Source: Welwitschia mirabilis (Eukaryota). Taken from it: a DNA stretch of 39,952 nucleotides. Below are positions 12,700 through 24,724 of the stretch, piece after piece (the first letter of the stretch is position 1; the number at the start of each line of letters is the position of its first letter). The notes beneath the pieces were generated by a model. The model saw only the letters and a list, made by a program, of their open reading frames with translations, made no database searches and was not told the origin of the DNA. The position numbers and the translations under genes are program-made. The stretch spans positions 44,760,139 through 44,800,090 of the forward strand of contig JBOZIK010000001.1 in NCBI GenBank assembly GCA_051453625.1, given 5' to 3'.

Positions 12700-14700
12700 T
12701 TTTCTTAGTCTAATTGAGCTATCTTAGGCTACTTTCCTTTTGATTATTTACCTCTTCTAGTAGTTAGAGTCCTCTTAGGTCTTACAAGTTGAGCAAAATG
12801 GGGGTTTTTTATTTTCTTCAATTTGGAAAAGCTTCCAAATAGGATAGTTCTTATCCCTTATCCTCTTTTCATATTTAAAAAAAATATTTGTTAAGATTCC
12901 TCTGAGCATTTTCATACACTCTAAAATCTGATTTCTTTAGTTTTTTAAAGAGTTTATATCATGCTTAATAACTGTAAAAGGATAAATGTTCTTTTTGAAG
13001 CCTTTGCAAACTTGGAGGAGTTTCTTTGATGATTTCTGAATCTATCCTATTACCACTTCACTTTTGGTAGTGTTTACTTCTTTTAATGCTTAGTTGGATA
13101 CCTATATGATTCTCTTCCATTCCTTTTTTGTTTTCTATATGATTTAATTTATAACTCTTTCACAATCATTTAAATAATCATATAAATTTTAGAGGTAGAA
13201 GTGCATGCTTCATAGTACCCTTAATTATTCATTCCCAAATCCTATTTTCTTTCTGAATCTAAAATCTAAATTTTTTTTTCATAGAGTAATATATTTTTTT
13301 CTTCTTTAAGCTATTTAATTCAATCTAACTAATTGGGAAAACTAACATTTCTTTAATGGCATCTAAAATTTAACACGTAAGGATCTCTAAATTTGCTAGA
13401 GAAGTTTGGTGTGAAGTAGGCTATTAAACTCTTTCTAAGAGTGAGGCTAATTCATTTTTTATAACTATTATTAAATTATGTTCTAATAAAGAATAATTTA
13501 TAGCTATATAAGAAGGAGTAGATTTTAGCTTTTCTTAAAGAAGAGCAATGTCTCTCTCTTGTATTTTTATTTTCTCCTACTTGATTTATACTTATTCTAA
13601 AGCCTTTACTCATTTTTTCTTAAATTTATTATTTTTTCTTTAATATTCATGTACTTTTCATCCATTCCTCTCAAACTCATATAAATATTCTCTACATATT
13701 CCTTCTAAAGGGGAAGAGAGGAGTTATTGTGCATGAAAGTAATAAACTCTTACTACATCTTAATATACTTAGAATTATAATGCTTAGTATGGGTTATACT
13801 TTTTAAAAGTTCCAATACAAAGTCTTCTATATTTACTAGAAGAATCTTTATTCTTTCTTTTTCCTCCCTAAGCTTTTGTTCTAATTCTTCAATTTGATCT
13901 TGAGCATTAGTTAGAGAGGATCTATCTGATCTCTAAAATTCAAAATGAGAGACTAGTCTATCCTCTAATTACTACTTTTTCTCCTTTTCTTTATTGTATT
14001 CTTTATATCAAAAAGAGATTTTATCTTTATAAAATTCATTTTCCATTTTTAAAAACTCAATTTTCTCCTTTAAAATAGTATTCTCTTGCTACACTTGAAT
14101 CTTCAGGCACTTAATGAATTTATGGCAACACATAAAAAATCCACATTATCTTCTTCCAGTGACTTCATAAAAGATTCTAGTTCTTTTCATAGCCCTAATT
14201 ACTATAGAGTGAATGTATATGCTTGCTCTCTAAAAGATATAAGACCTATGTTTGAACTTGCATCACTAGTTCACTTGATGAAGGTGACTCTTATGTGCCT
14301 TAAATACTTAAGGGTGTGAGAATAAAAACTTCAAATAATGAAGCAACTGAGAATTTCACACTATTTTTTTTCTTGGAAAAAATGTGAAACATTTCTATTT
14401 AAAAGAATTTTTCTAATTAGAAATGAAAATCCCAATCTTACCTTTATAAGTTTTGTTTTTTTCCTAATTCTTGTCACTAAGTTTCATAAGTATTAGAAAA
14501 TACTAAATTCTATATCAATGTTCCTGCTTGAAGGGTCTCTGATGGCATCTGTTAAATACACCCATGGTATACTCATGCCCTTATATTTGTTGATGACTAG
14601 GGCAAGATTATAGGATACCCTATGTATCCTATAAGAAACAATATAAGAAGTTTTCATAATGATTTTACAAGAACTGAAAGATGACAAGCAAACCGTGCAC
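12700..14700 (-). pseudogene. Sense extra ORF of element A: C-terminal part of a PF20167-like domain plus a long coiled-coil (internally deleted relative to B)
   Basis: VSYNLALVINKYKGMSIPWVYLTDAIRDPSSRNIDIEFSIF; LGFSFLIRK; REQAYTFTL**LGL*KELESFMKSLEED; EKIKIQERDIALL*EKLK..KNELASLLERV; ILDAIKEMLV. Frames match copy B. Ends approximate. Confidence 0.7.
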
Positions 14701-14884
14701 TAAGAAAAAAACTAGGAATAAATAATTTACCTATCATGATGCTCTTATTTAAAACTTTGTAGCTCCTTTCCATGTGTCAAAGCTTGATTTGCCAAAATAT
14801 CTAATGAAGGGATGATCAAGATTATTAAAGAGTCATGCTAACAAAATCTACTTTAAGGTTTATTTTTATCTTTTAGTACATCAG

Positions 14885-16050
14885 GGCTCGAAGGAGGTCT
14901 TTAACTATTCAAAGAAGTCCTTTGATACATAATTACATTTCTGAAAGAGTTCTTCAAGTAATGAAAGTTTCTTAAAGGGGTCTTTCAAGTAGTCATTGTT
15001 ATCAATTCAAAGGAAAGTAATGAAATCATTTGATAAAATATAAGCTGAGTATATTCATGTTTCCTGAGTTACTCAAAATTAGATCCTATAAAAGTTTGAT
15101 CATATAAATGTGATTATAGTTCTCTAGCTTGTATAAATACATTTAATTTTACAAATTTTACATTTTTTATACATATTTTGAGAATTACTGAATAATAAAT
15201 TCACTATAAAAGAATTCCTTCTAAAAATCTAGTCCATTTATGACTACTACTATTTCTCTTTTGATCCATGGATTCTTTTATTCTAATAGAAAATTTAGTC
15301 TCATAAGGTTTTTTTTCCCCTTCCTATCTAATTCTTCATTAATTTCACATATTTTTCTCAGGATTCAAGTAGTAATTACTTCCTCGAAGAAATCCTTTGA
15401 GCAACAAAGCTTACTCATAGGGATTCTTTAAGTTTGAATTGCCTTTTCAAAAGAGTTTTTTAATAAATACTAAGTTTAAATAGGGTTTTTGATTAATTAA
15501 GAGTTAATTAAAAGGGTCTTTAGAGGAGTCATAAATGAAATTCTTATAAAGAATTTGATATGACCATTAATGTAACCCCTAGATCTTATTTATGAATTAG
15601 AAAATTCAAGGGGCCATCTCTGTCTGAAGGGATTTTTGATTATATTCTTGACATACATCAAATTAGACCATTATATGAAAGGGAGCTTCAAGGGTTTTGA
15701 AGAAATATCATAAGTGATGATAAATTAAGAGAAAGATGCAGCCATATCATTCTTAAATTAATTCATGCCATGCTAAGGCAAAGCTCAAAGGAGGTCTTTG
15801 AGTAATAAAGGTTACTTTAAAGGGGTCTTTGAGCTCACACCAAGAGTAGATAATGAAAAACAAAGAAACCAAGATTCAAAGAATTTTTAAATATACCATC
15901 AAAGGAGTTGAGTCATCTATTAAAGGGATCTTTAACAAATGATGCATATAATTTTAACATGTCATTTAAAATCAAGATCTTTTACTTTTATAAGGACTTA
16001 AAGGAGGTTATTGAATAATAAAGGTTACTTAGAGAGGGTTCTTAACATTA
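14885..16050. repeat. Clustered degenerate palindromic (hairpin) repeats in element A, consensus ~TTACTCGAAGG-n-CCTTCGAGTAA
   Basis: Examples: GCTCGAAGGAGGTCTTTAAC (~14886), CTCGAAGAAATCCTTTGAGCAA (~15383), GCTCAAAGGAGGTCTTTGAGTAATAAAGGTTACTTTAAAGGGGTCTTTGAGC (~15783). About 30-bp spacing within clusters. Confidence 0.75.
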
Positions 16051-16324
16051 GTGAAGCTAGTTAAAAATAGTTATAATTATTATGGCATTTATAGTTTGGT
16101 TAGAAGAAGTAGATTAATCTGAGATATTCTAGATCAACAAATCTTATTCAATGATTTAAAATTCCACAAATCAGATGTTTTTGAGTCTTAATCATTCTTA
16201 AAATTACAAATGATTCTTTTTACTAATAGCTTTTCTAGTATAAATATACTAAAATGCCTTAAATCATTAGTCACAATCACATTCCTCAAATTGAATCAAG
16301 TTCTCTTGACACTTTAGAATAAGA

Positions 16325-16975
16325 ATGGCTTCTAACTCCAATAACTTTCTGACACCTCTTACTATTTCTCCTTTAGTTAAAAAGTCTAAGTACTACCTTT
16401 TTACCTTAGGATCCTCTCAAATAAAAATGAATATTATGATCATAAATGAGGCTTTTTCTCAAATCTCTGTCCAGAGCATTTAGAATCCAAACCTTCCTTC
16501 TTACAACATAGCTTCTAAGGTATTCAATGCTTTAGATGGTATCCTTTAAGAGAATGAAAGAAATCGATTTAGCCATAGGAGATTCCACCTTCTTTGATCC
16601 TATGGTTCATCACCTTTATGTTGAGTATTTGAGAATCTAAGTTATTAAGCTAAATTCTGCCTTAACTAATGTGTCTAATAAGTATGATGCATCTTTAGGG
16701 TGGTTTGTAAGTCAAACTTATTAGATAAAGTAATAGGTACATTAGACTGAAGGTAATAATCTAGCACTAAGCCTATCTATCCTTTTTTTTAACAAGAATT
16801 ACTTAAAGAGGTATGGAACCTAGGATGACTCTACGTTTGAGTACTTCTAGGAAACTTATAACGCTAAGATTGGAATATGTATCAAGTACTTGCAATACTT
16901 ACATTTACTTTCTCCTTTAAGAACTTATCAGAGTACATCTAGGAGAAATAACAGGTATAGCGGATAGTTTTTCTA
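16325..16975 (+). pseudogene. Antisense extra ORF of element A (~215 codons), unknown product
   Basis: MASNSNNFLTPLTISPLVKKSKYYLFTLGSSQIKMNIM..NLPSYN..PMVHHLYVEYLRI..NLALSLS..DDSTF..IGI..YLHLL. Homologous in frame to 30920-~31580, with an excess of synonymous changes. Confidence 0.65.
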
Positions 16976-17959
16976 ATTTATGAGATCAAGTTTAGTTGAC
17001 CCCACTTTTCTATTTATTGCTTAATGCTTTTCTACTTTTTTAGAATAAATGTATTTTCTAGTTAAGACTCTTGTTATTTGAAAGATAAGATGTAAGGACT
17101 ATTATTTTCTTCATGATGAAATAAAAGTTTCATGTTTTTTATATTATAAGTTTTTTTAAAGATATAACCTTTGGCTGTTTTTACTTCAGTACTAATTTTT
17201 ATTATATCAAATTATAAAAAATCCTTTAAGTTTTAAGATCTTTTATCTTCACAAAAATTTATTGCTTCAAAATAAGTAGAAGAAAGATTCATTGATGAAA
17301 ATGCTCTAAATTATGAAATAAATTATTGCTATTCTATGAAACATTTATTATTTTTTCTTTTGGGGTTTACTTGGTTTGAAGAAAATATTAAAGACTAATA
17401 ACTCCTCATATAACTCCTAGAGAGTGATTATCTTTTTTATGATTTTAAGCCATAGAGCCTTTATTTTAAAAACAATTTTGGTAATGAGGAGAGTGCAATC
17501 ACCCCCATAGAAATAAGACTCACAGAGTTGTAAACCTCGATCATGGCCAACTAATTCCTTTGTAAAGTTTTCATAACTAATTTATTACATTACCAAAGGC
17601 TTCTCTCGGGAATATTTTCCATGATGTACTTATGGTAGGACATTACTCTTTTTTTCTCTTTTTTTATTTTTTTTAAATATAACATAAATGATTTCATAGA
17701 TACCTCTATTTTATTTCCTAATTCAGTCATTCTTAGCATTTGTAACTTCTCCCTTCTCAAAGTCTTACTAATTTTTATGAGAGATATTGTTACCTACTAA
17801 GAAAAAATTCTTATAATTTGAATAACATTCATTTTTTTCTTAAAATTAAAAAATTATAACCTTTTATTTATTATTTTATATATATATATATTAATATTAT
17901 AATATATTTTTTAATTTTTAAAGTAACACTATAGGACTTATAAAGGAAAATACATGGAT

Positions 17960-20900
17960 AGAATCCTTTCCACCCTATAAGTTTATCTCATCTTCTCTAA
18001 GAGTGAAATTCTTTTTATATAAGCCTTGATTCTATAACCATTAACTTGATATGTGTCCTTACTTTCTTAATTAAATACTTCCATTGCTCCATTAGGTAAA
18101 ATTCTTGTTAAAGATACGGTCCAATCCATTTTTTAGTATAATTTTTTTAGAAGATATATATTTAAAATTAAAAAACAAATCATTATCTCTAATTTTGAAA
18201 TGAGTTTTACAAACATTATGGTCATGCCATTATTTTACTTATTTTTGGATCATTTCCTTTTTTATTAGGGATTTTCTTCTATCTTCATCTAGTTTATTCA
18301 TGTTTTGAATCCTTTTTTTTTTAGATTTATTTAGATTATGATCTAATTATTTAATCAACATATAGGACATTAATCTTCATTCAATAGTTACGATTAGCTT
18401 TTTAACATAAACTAATTCATAAGTATGAAACTAGTGTTATCTTTCTAAGTTATCCTATAGATCCAAAATGCTTCAATAGGTTTATATGCTTAATTATTTC
18501 TTTTATTGTGTAGTGTTTTAGTTAGAATCTAGTTTAACTCCCTATTTGTAGTCTCAACTTAATTAGTACACTAGGAATGATAATGAAAGGAGAGTTTAAG
18601 ATGGACTCCATACTTAGATAAAAACATTTCAAAAGCTTGACTGGTAAAATGGGTTCCTCTATCTGATATAAGATTCTTAGGCATACTAAATAAATGAAAG
18701 ATATTCCTAGACAAGAATTTAACTATGATTTTGGTGGAATAGTTAGGAATAGTTTCATCTTTAGTTCATTTAGTCAAATAATCCACACAGACTAGAATGT
18801 ATTCTTTTTTATAGGACTTTGGATTAATGGATCCAATGAAATCTATCCCTCAGACATTAAAGGATTCTAAAGCTTAAATCTATTATTAGGGCATGTCCAT
18901 TNNNNNNNNNNNNNNNNNNNNNNNNNNNNNNNNNNNNNNNNNNNNNNNNNNNNNNNNNNNNNNNNNNNNNNNNNNNNNNNNNNNNNNNNNNNNNNNNNNN
19001 NATCCCTCAGATGTTAAAGGATTCTAAAGCTTAAATCTATTGTTGGGACATGTCCATTACCTTAGACCATGCTTCCTCTTTTTGACATTTGGCACATCCT
19101 TTAATTAAATTAAAAGAGTTTTTAAATAGAGAAGGCCAATAATATCCTACATTCAAAATTGTTATAGATGTTGTTTTCCCTCCATAATGACCTTCCCCTT
19201 CTTCTGCATGAAACGTTTATAGAAGTTTCTTTTGATCAAGCTCTTCAACACACCTCCTAATGACATCATCCCTATAAANNNNNNNNNNNNNNNNNNNNNN
19301 NNNNNNNNNNNNNNNNNNNNNNNNNNNNNNNNNNNNNNNNNNNNNNNNNNNNNNNNNNNNNNNNNNNNNNNNNNNNNNATTCTAAATCTTGAATCTATTA
19401 TTGGAGCATGTCCATTACCTTAGACCATGCTTCCTCTATTTAACATTTGTCACATCCTTTAATTTAATTAAAAGAATTTTTAAATAGAGAAGGTTAATAA
19501 TATCCTACATTCAAAATTTTTATGGATGTTCTTTTTCCTCCATAATGATCTTCCCCTTCTTTGGAACGAAAAGTTTATAGAAGTTTCTTTTGATCAAGCT
19601 CTTTAATGCACCTTCTAATGAAATCATCCCTACAAAATTTGAAGAGGATCTTGTTCTCCCATATATAATCTTTTACTTCTTTCAATAACCTCTTATTCTT
19701 GTAATAGTTTAAGTAGGGTGGCACAAACTTACTCACTAAGAAGTTAGTAATGTCTACAAACCAAGGTGCTTATTCTAAACTTACTAAATGGTCATCAAGA
19801 AAATCATGTTGAGTGTCTATTTATTTAGTCTTTTTAAGGAATTCTAGCTTGAATAGGTAATCATCCATCACATTATTTATTCTCTTCTTATCTACTATCT
19901 TTAGATTAAATTCTTACACTAAAAGTATCCCTATTATCATCTAAGAGTTTAGATTCTTTCTTATCCATTAAAAATCATATGGCACTATGATCTATGTGAA
20001 CCTTTACTTCTTAACCTAGGATATAGTGCCTAAACTTATCTAAGGCTACTACTATAGCTAGCATCTTCTTTTCTATAACTGTGTAGTTACGTTATGCAAA
20101 ATTAAAATTTTATTGATATAAGCAATAGCATAGGATTTTAACCATCATTCTTTTATCTTAGAACAACACCAACAACATATTATGAAGCCTCTGTTATAAT
20201 GTAAAAGGTTTTATCACAATCTATTTTTTGTAAAATATGGGCTTCAACTAACTTATCTTTAAGAATTTGAAAAGCCTTATAGCATTCTTGGGTCCATTCA
20301 TAGGGTACATCTTGTTGTATAAGATTATTTAATGATTTAGAAATTTTACTAAATTTAGCAATAAATATTTTGTAGTACCTCACATGACTTAATAATGATC
20401 TTAATTCTTCTAGTTTAGTTGATGGAGGAATTTCTTTAGTAACATTGAATTTTTTACTCATTAGTTTTGATCACTCTTACTAATATCCTATGGCCTAAAA
20501 CAATCCCTTTAGCCACCATAAGATGGATTTTAGACCAGCTCAATTTCAAATTATTTTTCTTATAGTGAGTTAATACTACCTTTAGTATTCTCAAACCCTC
20601 CTCAAAATCATTTCTAAAGGTTGAGAAGTTATCCAAGAAAACTTCCACTAACTTTTCTATCATGTCTTAAACTATACTATTTACTAATCTTTAGAAAGTT
20701 GCTAGAGCATTATACAACCCAAAAGGTAAAACTCTAAAGGAATAGGTTCCCCATTTACAAGTAAAAGCTCTTNNNNNNNNNNNNNNNNNNNNNNNNNNNN
20801 NNNNNNNNNNNNNNNNNNNNNNNNNNNNNNNNNNNNNNNNNNNNNNNNNNNNNNNNNNNNNNNNNNNNNNNNTTAAGTAAGGTGGCACCTTCTTACTTAT

Positions 20901-22290
20901 TAAGAAGTTAGCAATGTCTACAAACTAAGGTGCGTATTCCAAACTTACTAAATGATCATCAAGAAAATCGTGTTGAGTGTTTACTTGTTTAGAATTTTCA
21001 AAGAATTATAGCTTAAATAGGTAATCATCCATCACATTCTTTGTTCCCTTCTTATCTACTATCTTTAGATCAAATTATTGAACTAAAAGTATCCCTATTA
21101 TCATATAAGAGTTTAGATTCTTTCTTATTCATTAAAAATCATATGGCACTATGATCTATGTGAACCTTCACTTCTTAACCCAGGATATAGTGCCTAACCT
21201 TATCTAAGGCTACTACTGTAGCTAACATCTTTTTTTCTATAACTGTGTAGTTTTGTTATGCAAAAATAATATTTTATTGATATAAGCAATAGCATAGGAT
21301 TTGAATCATCATCTTTCTATCCCAGAACAACACCAATAGCATATTATGAAGCCTCAGTTATAATGTAAAAGGTTTTATCGCAATCTAATTTTTGTAAAAT
21401 AGTGGCTTTAACTAACTTATCTTTAAGAATTTGAAAAACCTTATAGCATCCTTGGGTCCACTCATAGGGTACATCTTGTTTTATAAGATTATTTAATGAT
21501 TTAGAAATTTTACTAAATTTAGGAATAAATCGTTTGTAGTGCCCTACATTACTTAAGAATGATCTCAATTCTTCTAGTTTAGTTTGTGGAGGAATTTCTT
21601 TAATAACATTGAATTTTTTACTCATTAGTTTCAATTCCTCTTACTAATATCCTATGGCTTAAAATAATCCCTTGAGCTACCATAAGATGGATTTTAGACT
21701 AGCTCAATTTCAAATTCTTTTCCTCACACTGAGTTAATACTACCTTCAGTATTATCAAACCCTCCTCAAAATCATTTCTTAAGGTTGAGAAGTTATCCAA
21801 GAAAACTTCCACTAACCTTCCTATTATGTCTTGAAATATACTATTCACTAACCTCTAAAAAGTGGCTAGAGCATTATACAACCCAAAAGGTAAAACTCCA
21901 AAGGCATAGGTTCCCTATTTACAAGTAAAATCTATTTTGGCTTAGTTTTTGAGATCTATTAGAATTTGATTATATCCATTGTACCCATCCAAAAAGATAT
22001 AGTATCTATTACTAGAAATTCTTTCTAATAGTTGATGCACAAAGGATAAAGAAAAGTGATCCTTATAGGTAGCAACATTTAATAGCCTAAAATCTATGCA
22101 TAATTTCCATTTTTTTTTTTTTTGGAACTACTGTTACTAGACTTATTCATTCTAAATCATAATAGGATAGATAAATCCTACTTTTAATATTCTTAAAATT
22201 TCTTTTTTAATTACATCTTGCATATGAGAATTGCATCTTCTTTCTAGTTGCCTCATTGGTTTTACTATGATATCTAGATAGATTTTATGT
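17960..22290 (-). pseudogene. pol: Athila-type pol (RT, RNase H, integrase) of element A, partly duplicated around gaps
   Basis: RT: GFIYPI, VTVVPKK, KDHFSLSFVHQLLERI, FLDGYNGYNQI, VLPFGLYNALATF, VEVFLDNFS. RNase H: IITEAS*YAIGVVLG, LKIVDKK. Integrase: PWFVDITNFLV, GCDKC, then the core. No aRH and no chromodomain seen. Confidence 0.92.
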
Positions 22291-22699
22291 TAACAGGTTT
22301 ACCTCCAAAATGTCTTTAGAAATATAAGAAAAAGCATTAGCTCTTTTACCTAACATCCTTTTTAATTTCCTCTTTTAAGAATGAGTCAAATTTTTATTAA
22401 TAATTAGATGTTTATTTTTCTTAATTTTAATGTATATTAAAACTTTTTTAAGAGGTGATTTCTCAAGCTTATATTTTTTACTACTAATTTAATAATCAAG
22501 GAAATATCCCTTTTTTCAACCTCTTATTTTGTTAATAATTATTAAGTCTCCTTGATGAGAATCATATCAGCACTATGTCCTTTGTTAGTAAATAAATGTT
22601 TAATTTCTTCTTCATCAGATATTTTAATTTATTACACTAGATCTCATAGACTAATTTCTATTACCTCTTTCTAGAATAAATAGTATCATTGATAGTTTC

Positions 22700-24700
22700 C
22701 ATTCAAGTTCTCCTTATTATGATAGGATGAGTGTTATCTTTTGTCTTCATGACCATTAAGTCCATAAGATATCCAAATAATTATAGTTCTATGAAAGTAT
22801 TTACCATTATTTCCTCTAGCTTTACTGTAAAACCATCTATTATGTAGACTTGTCCATTATTTAAGTTAACTAAGGGCTTCCAAGTTCTTAAAATATTTCA
22901 TGAGAAATAAGATTAATACTTCCCTCTAGGTCTACTAAAGATTCTATTTTATAAGCACCTTCAATGATTATATCAACAACTAGTATTTCAAGATCATTGT
23001 ATTTTTTAATTTGATTTCCTTGTAAAGCTTGAGTAGAGGTCCAAGATACCTGAACTCTTTTAGTTGGTTCTTTTACCAATTGTTCCTCATTAGTTTTCTC
23101 TTTCTTTTTATTGATCTCCTCTTTACTACAAAACTTTTTCATTTTCTCTAATAAGGTATTCTATATCTTTTTCTTCCTTTCTATCAACATTTTTTGTTAT
23201 ATTACTCCTCATTGGAAATGGTAAAGGATCATTTATTTTCCTTTCTATTAAACTATTTTTTATCATACTTTCATTTTCCTTGGTTTCTTTCTCTTTCCTA
23301 GGGGGTGATCTAGTTTGAAGAGCTTTGCAATCAACTTCTCTTAGATTCAATTACGGATGTGTAGGTACGAAATCTTTTTCAGGTTTTTTTTCTTTATCTA
23401 GTTATTAATGGTAACTAGACTCTCATTTTCTATTTCTCCAATTCTTGAAGTAATCATACCTCTTTGATTGCATAATTCTCTGCATTTTTCTCTCTTTTTA
23501 ACCTTTCAACTTCTTGGTATAGTTAGGATATATCTTCTTCTTAATCTGAGGAGTATTATTATTAGGATTATAATCAATTTTATTAATATCTAACTATTCC
23601 ATAAAACCTACCATCCATGAATAGTCTATGGGATGGTGGTCCTCCTCATTACAGTATACACAGGTTTCTAATTCTTGTTTCAATCTATTAATCTCATTTA
23701 TTAGAGATTCTATTCTTTTATTAGTTTATTTTAATATACTAGTATGCTTAGTTTCTATTTCTTTTTGTATTATGACTTTCTTAACCTTTCTCTTTTCTTT
23801 CTCCTTATTCTAAGATCATCCTTGACTCATCTTATATAATTTATCTATACTAGTTTTGATTTATTAAGTGCTACCATTCCTGATCCTACTCCTATGAAGA
23901 ATGTCTAGTTTCTCTAAAGACCTCTTAGTAAGGCTCTTATCTATTCTATCAAGGTTATCTCATGGTTTGGACATCTTACTAATAAAATCTAATACTTATC
24001 CATGAACTCATCAAATTTCACATGCACCTTTTATTTAACATTCAAGATTTGATCCCTTAAACCTTTAATTACTTGAATAGGTTAATATTTTTTTAAAAAT
24101 TCTTGTCTTATAGAGTTTCACATTTTAAAAATACAATTTGGAAATTTATAAAACCATAGTTGGGCATCTCCCTTTAAGAAAAAAGAAAAATATCTTAAGA
24201 AATCAGAATTGATTTCTAGATAGTTAGCTTTGAAAAAGGAACCAAAATGACTCAAATATAGCATAGGTTCTTCATTTTTTCTACCTTTAAAAGTTAGAAT
24301 ATTAGTAATATTTATGTTTTTTATCTTATCAGGGATCTCCAAGACTATGTAATTAATAGGACTAAGTGTGTAAGACATATAGTAATTAATTCAAAATGTG
24401 GTAGAATTAACTACTTCTTCTTCATCCTAATATACCTCTTTAGGTTCTTGTGCTTTTTCTTTCTGTCTTTGGTTTTGTATTAATAGATCTATCTTCTGTT
24501 GTAATTCTATTAACCCATTTTAAGTGTTTTCATGTCCTCTATGAAGTCATAGGTTTTAACCTTTATTACTATTATATCACCTATTTCTTCATCTATCTTA
24601 TGTTTCTTAAGGTTTTTAGACATATTGGCCGTTTACATCCCTCCATCATCCATGGTTGTCTTTCTTCAAAAGGCTTTAATGTTTCTAACAAAAGGATCTA
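22700..24700 (-). pseudogene. gag: gag and aspartic protease of element A
   Basis: IPDKIKNINITNILTFKG..FFKANYLEINSDFLRYFSFFLKGDAQLWF; knuckle CVYCNEEDHHPIDY (~23621-23662); PLPFPMR; protease ESLVDLEGSINLISHEIF (~DLGASINL). Confidence 0.88.
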
Positions 24701-24704
24701 AGTT

Positions 24705-24722
24705 CCCTTCCTCTAGTATAAA
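24705..24722 (-). promoter_or_regulatory. Degenerate tRNA-Asn-type PBS of element A
   Basis: Minus strand TTTATACTAGAGGAAGGG next to the LTR end; matches the better-preserved PBS of element C. Confidence 0.6.
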
Positions 24723-24724
24723 AA

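Noticed and set aside
14885-16050. Palindromic repeats as a CRISPR array
   Set aside because: The units are degenerate and nearly abutting, with no unique constant-length spacers and no cas genes, and they lie inside a plant retrotransposon.
16200-17650. Plant mobile domain (aminotransferase-like) gene on the minus strand
   Set aside because: Only faint resemblance (IITLE), with no WxxETxTF or RQFG motifs. Codon-position evidence favours the plus frame in 16325-16975.
19700-21935. Two RT-RNase H units as a dual-RNase H or duplicated-pol architecture
   Set aside because: The two near-identical copies flank a 100-N gap like the other duplicates, so this is most likely assembly redundancy.
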